NCBI RefSeq assembly: GCF_009914755.1
Contig: NC_060934.1
From: the human T2T-CHM13v2.0 reference genome, Homo sapiens
DNA length: 64,000 bases
Reading direction: 5' to 3' (one strand)
How positions within the stretch are numbered: the first letter of the stretch is position 1; each line of letters opens with the position of its first letter. This document shows, piece after piece, positions 53,557 through 64,000 of this stretch. Both the position numbers and the translations under genes were made by a program. The notes below the pieces were generated by a model. That model made no database searches, had not been told where the DNA came from, and was given only the letters and a program-made list of their open reading frames with translations.

Positions 53557-54889
53557 TTTGAACCCAGCACTCCAGTGTTTCCAACAACTACCAAGTGGGG
53601 ACTAGCCCCCATTATGCCTTCCTCACAGGGTTGCACAGAGAATAAAAACAAGATTGTAATTGGGTGAGGGAAACATGCTCTAAAATCAGGTCCAAGTGCA
53701 GAGTTTTTCCCTAAGCCTATAAGCATGGAGAGCAGCTGATAGGGCAGGAGGGTGCTTCCTTCTTCAAATATCCTTGAGAATTAAGCCAAAGGGCCAGGAG
53801 CAGTTTATGTGCAAAGACTATGTCTGTCCCCAGTGCCCAACACACAGCCTGGCACCCACTGCCTATTCTTAAATCCTTGTTAGATAAATGAATGCATCTT
53901 CATATCCCTGCCCAGCTGGGCAGTCACCTACCAGGGCAGGCGGCCATGTCTGCTTGCTCCTTTCTGGAATAAGTCAGCCCAGCCTACAAACAGACAACTC
54001 TTCAGAAGGCAGATCCAAGGCCCCTGGTGCAGATAACTGCAGTCAAATACACCCCACCCGCACCCCAGGCCTCGTTCAAGCATCTTTCCTTCCTTCTTGG
54101 CCTTAACAAGGTGGAGCATGTCTGTTTGGCACCTTCTCCCTTCTCACTCACTTGCTAGATAACCAGGGATTCAGGCTGACTGTGGAAACCTCTGGGGTGT
54201 CTGGGACCTGAGGCTGCTCCCACAATGTGACAACACCTGTGCATTAATGGAGGGAAAGGAGGCTGGGGAGGGAGGCTGCTCGCCAGCCCCCACTGGCTAG
54301 GCTCCACTGGCCTGCTTCTTTCCAAGGCAGACAGATGAGGACAGAGGAGGTGGCTTCCCCCGAGGGGAAATGGAGTATGGGCTTGGTGGGGCCTCTGCTC
54401 TATGTGTTTATGAACTAGAATCTCACATAGGAATCTAGCTCTGCAGACTTTAAAGCCCTCTCCCATCCTGTAGCTGATGTGAAGCATATAAGGCCCTATG
54501 AGAAAGGCCATGAAAGACTGTTACTGCTGCTCTGCCTATGTGGAAGCTGGCCCAGAGAGGTTAAGTGACTCATCTTGGGTCACACAGCCTTTCAAGACCA
54601 GCTGCACATTCATCATGTCTGCCATCTGAATAGAAACCTGGAGATGGCATGGGCCTGAAGTCTACAGAAGGCTGCCCTGTAGGAGTAATAGGGCACTCTG
54701 CACAAGTGTCTAGGCTCTGGCGTCAGGGCTGCCCAGACCCAAATCTTGTCCCTACCACCCTCAAGTTGTAGGAGCTTAGACACATGGCTTAATCCACGAG
54801 ACTCACTCTCCCCCTTCAGAAACTGGGGAAAATATTACCCACTTCACGAAGGTTTTGGAAAATTATGTATTTCTTTCTCTTTCTTTCTA

Positions 54890-55480
54890 TAAACATGTAT
54901 TGAGATTTATTGTGCCAATGGGGTACAAACATGAGCATGTCACCGCCTCTGCCCTTGAGCTTAAAGTCTACATATAGATCAGCAAATAGTAAAATACAAT
55001 GTGGCTGGGGCTGTGATTCCACACACAGATCTGGAGAACTGAGGAAAGAGAGACTAACTGGGGTTGGGCACGCTTTGGTACAAGGATGACCACTCCATCG
55101 TCCTGTATTATCCCTCCCCACTCCTGCCACCATGGCAGACATCACTAATCAGCCACAGTACACTTTAACACTAAGCCCAGCCATAACCTTAGGATCTCAA
55201 GGGGACTGAGGTACTGAAGGGTGAGTAGGAGCTTGCCAGGTAGACACAGTAGGTTGGAAGGATATTTGGGGAAGAGGAAACAGCCTTAAAAAGACATGGA
55301 GATGTGGAGAAAGATGGCATGTCTTGACAATGGGGGAAGGTTTGGTGTGGCTGGTATATGAGCTTCACCACAGAGATGAGGCTGAAGACGTTGTCAGGCT
55401 GCAGCGTGAGGGGATTTGAAGCCAGCCAGGCCCAACAGCAGAGGGCGACAGTGGGAGGATTTCCTGCAGGAGAGGGCTGG
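54890..55480 (-). mobile_element. L2 fragment interrupted by doublet copy 2
   Basis: tgaagggtgagtaggagcttgccagg...gaagaggaaacagc antisense L2 motifs. Confidence 0.6.
55077..55198 (+). repeat. Copy 2 of the ~123-bp direct doublet
   Basis: About 85% identical to 53434-53556. Confidence 0.9.
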
Positions 55481-56574
55481 GAGGCTTCCAACCTGGCCCT
55501 CTTCTGAGGCTGAGAGTCAGGCCAGGAGCTACTGTAGAGACTCCAGCATCCTTGGGACATCAAGAAAGGGAGGGGGTCAGAGGAAGGACTAAGAACTAAG
55601 GTCTGATCCAGGAGCAGACACCAGGCCGCTGATGGCCCTAGGTGTCAGGCTAACCTAGAAAACTCCCACTGCACAGAAGCAGCATGGTGGGCTCAGGAGT
55701 AGCAGTTCACCCTGCAGGCTCTTGTTCCAAGGCTTCCATTTCCAGATATTTGGCCGCCAAGGGAGGGTGGCCCCTCCTGGGTGGTGAAGACCAGAAACCT
55801 CACTTTCCAGAGGGGAAGGCTAGAGATTGAGAAAGGTCAGTGAGCCCACCAAGGGCACATAGCAGAGCTGAGGCCGAGGGCAGATGGCATGGAGGGTTTC
55901 CAGAGCTGTGAATGCTGGAGCCTTGGCCCTAATCTTGTCAGAGGGGACTGAGAACAGAGCCAAGGAGGAAAAGCCATTGAGGGGGCCTAATGGGCAGCAA
56001 CGGGTGGCAGCACCCAAAGCAGAAGGTATTGGCTACCCGCAAGACAAGTTTTGGGGCTTTTATTTGCAAAGCCCAGGCTCTTAATGGGTCATTGTGCTGA
56101 TTGTCTTGTGGGGTGGGAAGCGTGGTGGGACTCGGGGGAGAACAGAGCAAAAGGTGGGAGCACTTGTTGAGGAACATATTTGGAGAGGCCCCCCTCCTTC
56201 ATCCCCAGGCTGGGAAGAGAAGGGTGTTTGTGGAACCTGAGACTGTGGAGACCAAAGCCCACTGTCATGCAGGGCCTCTGAGAGACCCCTAAAATCTCTC
56301 AGGGGCCCTGCCTGAGATTGGGCTTTCTTCCTCTTCCTGGGGAGGCAGGAAGAGTGCACATTAGGAACCACTGCCCCGAGAGCTGCCACCAGAGACTCCT
56401 GGAAACGAATGAAGCAGCCACCTTCAATGGGTCATGGGAGTTGGATAATGAGGACACTTTCCAGATCCTTGTGATCCTAGAGAGACAGGAGCCCCTCAAA
56501 ACATGAGCTTTGATGCCTTTTCCTCCTTCCCTGGGGAATCCAAGGTCATCTCTGGAAATACTGACTCTTTTAAT

Positions 56575-56738
56575 GCCCGTCTTTGTGCGTTTGAGCTGTT
56601 ATAACAAAATACCACAGACTGGGTAATTTATAAATGACAGAAATGTATGGCTTACAGTTGTGGAGGCTGGAAGTCTGAGATCAAGCTACGAGTAGATTCA
56701 GTGTCTGGTGAGGGGTGTGCTCTCTGCTTCCAAGATGG
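56575..56738 (-). mobile_element. MST-family LTR, partial
   Basis: ataacaaaataccacagactgggtaatttataaa...ctgcttccaagatgg. Confidence 0.8.
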
Positions 56739-56744
56739 GGCGGG

Positions 56745-57131
56745 GGTGCGACGCAGGGGCAGAAGTGAGCAGGCATGGGGTCTGCATGCCCACATCAGTG
56801 CCTTATCTACCAGGCAGTCAAGCTGGTGTCTTCATGGGTGCAAGTAAGTTGTAAAAGTGGCTCAAAACTTCAGCGGGCATACTTTGGGTTGTAACTCAAC
56901 TGTTATCTCTTGAGGCAACCTCCTGGTGGGTGAGAGTTGGGCTCTGGAGCTTCTAAGCACATAGTTAGATGAACTTGCCCTGTAAGGAATGTCTGGTGAA
57001 GAGGAGGTAAAAGGCTGTCATTGCATTTCTAAAGGACAGAGTAAGAAGTGGGAGAAAGGAGGAAAGAAAAAAGAAGAGAGAGGAAAAAATAATTAAACTA
57101 TCTCTTAGAAAAATGGGGGTACTTGATTACG
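56745..57131 (-). mobile_element. ERV1 LTR (MER66-like), partial
   Basis: Reverse complement begins gtaatcaagtacccccatttttctaagag. Confidence 0.5.
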
Positions 57132-57309
57132 TTATAACTGAACACCGGGGAGGCAGCAGAACATCAAAGAAAGAGAATGAAACTTGATGTTTGATGACCT
57201 GGCTGTGAGTCTTTGCTCTGCTATTTATGTGCTCCATGTCCTGGGACACACCTAGAGTAAGCAGGGATCACTGCTGCAGGGCTAGGATTGGAAGCCAAGT
57301 AACATGCTG

Positions 57310-57924
57310 AGAAAAGAGCCTCGAAACTCATACAGAAAAAGGACCAGATCCACAATCGATATGGAATCATAAGTCAATAAAGGACAAATGACACAATAAA
57401 AAAGCAGGCAAATGCTCTGAGCAGACAACATGAAGAAACACAAATGATCAACACATACACAGAAGCAAGCTCTCCCTCATTAGTAACCAGGGAAATTTAA
57501 ATGCAATAGTAATTTTCATCAGATCGGCAAAAGAGCAAACTTAATTGTGGTCAAAGAAAAGTAGACAAGGGTGTGGGGTAGGGACCCACACACCTGTGAG
57601 CGGAAGTATAAATTGGTACAGTCACTTCCTATGGCAACTTTGCTGTAATCTATTAAACCTGAAAATGGGCATAGCCCATGACCCAGCAATCACACTTCTC
57701 GGAACCTATTCTAGGTACCTACCCTGAAGAAACACTAGCACGTGTATGGGGTTTTCACTACAATATTGATGGTAAAATAAAAATGGAAAGCGAAATATTC
57801 CCAGGAGGAAATAGCTAGCTGAAATGTGACCTATTCCACAATGGAACACGATTCACTAGTTAAAAGATGATCCTTTTGTACCTACATAGATAGATCTCAA
57901 AATCACTGTTGAGTGGGAAAAAAA
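57310..57924 (+). mobile_element. L1ME fragment
   Basis: gtataaattggtaca...ccatgacccagcaatcacacttct, degenerate ORF2 3' motifs. Confidence 0.7.
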
Positions 57925-57926
57925 TA

Positions 57927-58263
57927 CAGTCATTCCCCTCTTCTCTGTGGTTTCACTTTCTGCAGTTTCAACTACTCATGGTCAATTACAGTGTGAAAAT
58001 AGGTGAGTACAGTACCATAAGATATTTTGAGAAAGAGAGAGAGAATACATTCACATAACTTTTACTGTAGTATGCTGTCATAATTGTTCTATTTTATTAC
58101 TAATTTTGTTGTTAGCAATCTCTCACTGTGTCTAATTTATACATTAAGCTTTATCATAGGTATGTGTTATAGGAAAAAACATAGTATATCTAGGATTTGA
58201 CATGGTTTCAGGCATCCACTGGGGGTCTTGGAGAGGATCCCCCTGGCTAAGGGGTGACTACTG
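57927..58263. mobile_element. MER44A-like Tigger (TcMar) MITE
   Basis: cagtcattcccc...ggggtgactactg TIRs flanked by TA. Confidence 0.85.
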
Positions 58264-58535
58264 TATAAATAGATGTAATATAATCCCAAGTCAGGATTCC
58301 TTTGTACTTTAAGTAACTAAACAGCCAACCTACTATAGCATAAACGAAGAGGCATTTATTTTTCTCAAATAACATGGAGTCCAGAAGTAGCAATGGCTAA
58401 ATTTGGGTCAGCGGCTCTCTCATATATCTGTGATTCTCTGGCTTTTCTCTTGTGCTCATTGCTACATAGTCGTGAAATGGCTACTGCAACTTCAGACATC
58501 ACATTTGTATCCAATGCGGAAGAAGGGTAAAGTGA

Positions 58536-58845
<310 letters not shown>

Positions 58846-61169
58846 CAGGGTTTTCTCTTTACAAAGCTTTAGGTCTTGGGTGAGGGAAGCCCTTCCCAGA
58901 GAATTCTCCTTACATCTCATTAGCAAGAACTGGGTCATCTGCCAACCTTTGGACCATTCTGTTAAAGGGGGGAGATTATCAAAATTCATTTACATCAGTC
59001 GTGATTCATTCTCTAGAAATTAGAAGAGGGACCTACCCTTCCCTATAGCAAGAGAGTTCTGCCCACTACTTGAATATCAGTTTCTGTTAGCACGGAAGAA
59101 AAGGGTGCCCTGGCTGTTGGGTGGGTAAGGGATAGTGTCTGCCACAGATACAATTTATGTGGAAAAGAAAACACACCCATGTGTACAACATTACCTATTT
59201 TTTTTATCAAGTACATACAAAGGTTATCACAGAAGGAGGCGGTGGCAGTAAAGAGGTGGGAGTGGGGAAAGGGCTTGCGTGTGGTGCTCAAAGGGCCTTT
59301 GGTTTTATCAGCGATTCTTTCATTTTTAAAAGGGAGGCTGTATTCATGTATCACTTGGGTAACTAAAAGTCAGTTTCCAGAAGTTCTGTCAGTGACTGGC
59401 TTTGGCATCCCCAGATTTGGCCCAATCCCAACAGAGCCCAACACTGCAGAAGCAAAGACTTGGTACTCCAAAAAGTTCAACTGGGTAGGGGAGCCTGGAG
59501 AGGAAGGAGGAAATTGCCTGAATGACTCTTGGCTCTACGAAAAAAGTTGGGAGCCAATCATGCAAGGCTGAGCAGTCCTTTCGGGACTGTCTTTGACAGA
59601 CAGAAAGTCAGCCCGCCAGTATTTCCTTGCAAATTCTCAGGCCTCCTTCTGGGATTTTCCCTTGTTCTTCAAACAGAAACTGCAGTCTCTGATTAAACCA
59701 CCTGTCAACTACCCACAAATGCAGCTGGTGTCCTTAAAACTGCTTACAAGGCACTCAGGGGTGCAAGGGGTGGCCGGGATTGATGGGGCACTGGCTGCAC
59801 AGGCTCAGCAGAGCCATGAAAGAGCTCCCTGGGGCACTTGGAGTCACTGGGGCCACCTGGATGTGGGGAGATCCATGCCAGACAAAGCACAGTGCAGTCC
59901 GCTCATTGCCACAATCCAGCCTTGTGCTTCCTATTACCCCATCTTACAGGTCAGGAAACAGAGGTTCAGGGAAGGGGATTGCCCAAGTGCACACAGCATG
60001 GAGGCTCTCAGAGTAGCTGCCAGCCCATAGGGCAGCGCTTCCTGGGAAAGCTGGAAAGGGAAATGAGAGAACCAGAGGGTAGTGGAGTTCTTGGGGATCA
60101 GCCCCTCCAAAGCCCACTTCTGTCGCTTCCTCCTTATGACCACAGCACCTAACTGCTATCCCAAGCCCAAGGTCCTGCCGGAAAGATTTAACATCTAAGT
60201 AGGTCCTTGGAAATCAATGAATCTGGTGTGGATTTCCAGGAATGGATGGACAGAAACCAGCTTTAAAAAATGAAATTAATAAACTAGAAAATATCAGAAT
60301 GTACTGCATATAGTCAAGGTCCATATCATTTTGTGAAATTTGTGTATCTATGTTTGTACCCAGTCAGTGGCGAAGGTGTTTCTCACTGTGAATTGCAGCA
60401 CGCCCCATCCCACCAAAAAAAGGAAAGCCACTGATTTGGTCTGTGTGCTTCATTTCACAGATGGGAAGACTGAGGCCTAGGCATGGGTATGGCTTGCACA
60501 GGGCCATGCAATCCTCTGGGGACAGAGCCCCAGGCACCTGAGGCCCGAAGTGGCTTCAAGCTGCTTCCCTGGTTATTGGGCTCCAGGCCTCACACATGCC
60601 CTGAAGGGTGCAGGGGTTACAGAAGCTCTTCCTGCCCCGTTTCCACGTGGGAGCTGCTTATTTACCCAGCCCTGCTCCTGGGTCCCCAGTTAGGTGAGTC
60701 CTGTTCATTTGAAGCTCCTGCTAAACACTCTTGCTATGGTGAACACTTGGCTGAAGTTCCTCACTGTTCTGTGAGGCCTGCAGCTCCCTCTCCTTACCCC
60801 CATTCCACATACTTGGCTCACCCTGAAGCAACTCTCTTTCTTTCTTGGTCTTCTCAGAGTGGCTGGGTGTGGCCTGGTGCTGGCTGGTAAAGCCCTTGGC
60901 TAACAGGAACCAGGCCCTGTGTTTCCAGTAGGAGGGCATCTGCTGAGGCTGGCTCAGGACCCAGTAACCTGAGTTCTATGCCTACTGTGCCTCCACCACA
61001 CTCTGTGACATTAGACAAGTCACAACATCTCTAAGCCTCTGTTTCCCTTTCTGTAAAATAACTTAATATTCTCCACCCAACACCCCTCACTGCAAGGATC
61101 AGATGAAATCAGCTGTGATGTAAAAGTCTACTGTCTTGGACATCAGTGTTTTCACCTGACCAGCATCCG

Positions 61170-61662
61170 TTCTTTCCCGTTCTCCTTTTCTGCTCATGGT
61201 CCCCAGTTTTCCTTTGGGGAACCACTTCTCTCAAAGTCAGTCCCTGAGGTGGCTGTGGCTGGCCCCCCACCCCTCCATTCCCCAGAGTCACATACTCGGC
61301 CCATGCTTGGCAAATCAGCATTCTCTACCCTTCCGACCTGAGGAGCACACTAAACAAATCAGACAGACAAGACTGAGTCATGGGACTGCTGCCGGCACTG
61401 CTACTGGGGCTGCTGAGTTGATGGATGAGCTTGGAGCCTCGGAAGCTATCATTTGGAGAGCAGGCTTGCTACAAACGGGGTGCAGGAGACGAGGGAGTGG
61501 GAGGCTCGGACCTTGCCTGGGCCTCTCCATCTAGATGGACCTAAAGCAACCTCTACTCCCAGACTTTTCAGCCTCTCAAAGCCAGTGAATTCTCCTCATG
61601 GTGTCAGCCAGTTGGGAATGAGTTTCTTTCATTGGCAGTTGGGAATCCTGACTCATTCAGTG
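61170..61662 (+). mobile_element. Ancient LTR (ERVL/MaLR) fragment
   Basis: 3' end motif aagccagtgaattctc...ttggcagttgggaatcctgactcattca. Confidence 0.45.
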
Positions 61663-62563
61663 GCCAAAACATAAAAAGTGCTAAAGAAAAAAAAAAGGAG
61701 AACTTCTCCCTTTTGGGCCTCTTTGGCCCCCCCTGGTCTGCAGACAGCCTCCCTGCCTTTCTGGTCGGGGGTCGGGGGGTCGGGGGGCACCCTCCATGCT
61801 GTGCACCTCGTTAGACCCTCTGCATTCACTGGCTGGGGAAGGGCCAGCGCACCTCTCCCATGAACCTGTTCCAGACAGACTGGAAGGGAAGAGGGCCGTC
61901 AGCCGGCCATCATTGGTTTGGACACTGATTTCCTAAGTGTAGGACTCCAACCTACCCAGTTCTGCCCCATCCTGCCGTAGGTGATCCATTCTTTCTGTGG
62001 GAAGCCCACCAGTTCTGCAGTCCACTTTGACCATCTCACATGCAGCGTCCACACGCTGCCTCAGAAATTCCTCACACTCACCAAGCTCCCCAAGTCTGTG
62101 TCTGCTCTGGTCCTGCCCCCTCCTCTCTGCTTCTTTCCCCGCCTCCCTGACCTCCTCTCGTCTCCCTCTGTGGGGTCTGTCCCTCCCTGCTTCCTGCCTG
62201 GCCCCATCTTGGCAGCCTCTGCTCTGGCTTTCGAAGGCCTGTCAGCGCATTCTGCGTGGCATCCTCGCCAGTGCAGGCAAGGAGAGCCTCATGTTCCATT
62301 CCGGCTGCTGGGACCGCCTGTTTGTGGGGACACCCTCTCCCGTCCCCTCCTGACAGGTGATGGCAATTAGTCATCCTGATCTTTCACACTGGATTCAACT
62401 ACTGATCCCAGTGTGGACTGTGCTCCAGGCTGGGAGGTGATATCCTAAACACCTCCTCTCCTGTGGGACAGGGGGACATCTTCAAGGCTCGTCCTGAGAT
62501 GGGCACAGGTTATGATCTCACAATCTGTGGCCAGCCAGCATCAGCTTGAGACACAGTCATGTG

Positions 62564-62649
62564 TAGGATTGCCAAACTGTTGTCCATCTGAAATTAAAAT
62601 TGAACTGGCATCATGTTATTTTTTGTTTTGACTAAGTCTGGCAACCCTG
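62564..62649. mobile_element. MER53-like hAT MITE, internally deleted
   Basis: TIRs taggattgcca ... tggcaaccctg; atctgaaattaaaattgaactgg. Confidence 0.7.
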
Positions 62650-64000
62650 GTCAGGAGGCTAAAGCTGGTGAGGTTGCAGTAAGTTGTAGAGGAGGACTCC
62701 TCACCCACAAACTCTAGAACAGGTACCCATGGAGTTTTTACACCTGCAACACTTTTAAAAAGAGGATAGAAAGATGGATGTTCTGGAAGACAAATTATTG
62801 TCTATTTAGAGGTGGATGAGCTTCTAGGACTCTTCCAGCCCTGAGCCCGATAATTCCAGGCTCTCACATCTGTGTTTTGGGAATATGGCTGTATTTAAAG
62901 TACTGTGAACTCTGAGGTCTGCCCCAGGCCTTTTTTCTCTCAGGAGTCAAGCTCGGGATTTCACGGCTGTCTGTGAGAGCTACAGAAAGCAACTGGCAGT
63001 GACCCTAAATGCCAAAGGGCCTGGAGATTGATGAGGTGGAGGGAAGATCGCAACAGACTTTAGCAGGAAGGGAAATGAAATTTAAGATAAGTTTCTGCAT
63101 ATTGAATCCTAATTTTTCATTCACTTTCATTCATTCATTCATCTGGATGCCACTCCAGATTCCTCTGGAGGGGAAATTTTGACCTCCAAAATGTAAGATG
63201 TAATGAAATGACTTTAAAAAAAAATAGCTAAATTGCATATTTTAAGAGAAAATATTTTCCAAGGTAATATTCAAAATAGATTTCCAAGCATAAACACAAA
63301 GCGATTACAAGTGTGTTTGGCCCAGAGTTTCAAAACATCCAGTGACAGCTTAATTGAGCAGAACACTAGGCTCATAAACCTCTTTTTCTCAGTTTCCTAC
63401 AGCAGCAGACATCGCTGCGTTTCTTGGCTGTGTGGGTTGCATTTCAGGGCACGCTGAGAGCTGCTGCCTCCATAGGTGTCATCCAAGTTTCTCTAAGCAA
63501 AGTCAGGTGGAGGTGTCAAATTAGCAGTCAGGCAGTGGGTCCACAGGCAGCACAGGTGATGGGGCAGGGGAGCAGCTCTGCAGACAGAGCTCATAAAGGG
63601 ATGTGTGGCTGCAGGCAGGAAGGGAGAGGGGGGCTCAAGGAATATCCTATAGAAGGCAGATCTCTAGGTTTTGTATTTAGAACCAGCCTCTAGATGAACA
63701 ATAACACAAAAGCACATTTCTGTTCATTGTGTTTCTACATTTGGGGTACATCTATAAACACGAAGACCAGAGCAGGAAGTTGTGGACATGGAAAAGAACT
63801 TTGCAGCACCTAGCAGTCCAGGCTCCATGAGGAAAAGAGAACTCCTTCAGGACTTACTATCGTGTGAGGAAAATCTGTGCATAGAGCCAACCTAGCCCGG
63901 GAGCCAAAGGAAGGCAGACAGAGTGAAGACAGGCAGCTTTGGCCATGGTTTTGCTATTTGCAAGTTTGGACCACAATGTGTTTCTGTTTCTCTTTCCCGC

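Overview
Human/primate nuclear DNA, intergenic or deep intronic: Alu, L1PA, MST, LTR10, MER4 and LTR1 elements are present. I can support no protein-coding gene, RNA gene or CpG-island promoter. The ORF track consists of repeat read-throughs, low-complexity frames and chance ORFs; the only true protein remnant is the L1 ORF2p C-terminus at 10382-10681. Roughly half the window is transposon fossil, including two heavily nested old-L1 blocks (~9.9-21.2 kb and ~30.6-33.6 kb). GC-rich, repeat-poor stretches (~21-30 kb, ~41-56 kb) carry candidate cis-regulatory motifs. The structures not explained by ordinary repeat annotation are short local duplications: a 217-bp, 95%-identical, indel-free inverted repeat flanking 912 bp (4684-6029); a 75-bp near-perfect copy of 18897-18971 inserted into an AluJ at 17073-17147; and a ~123-bp direct doublet (53434-53556 / 55077-55198). 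There is also an unexplained exon-like insert inside an L1 (~32232-32400), a strong CTCF motif (29201-29220) and a SOX-OCT composite motif (46419-46439). I see no evidence for a new multi-gene system. Repeat subfamily names come from recalled consensus sequences and need RepeatMasker/Dfam confirmation.
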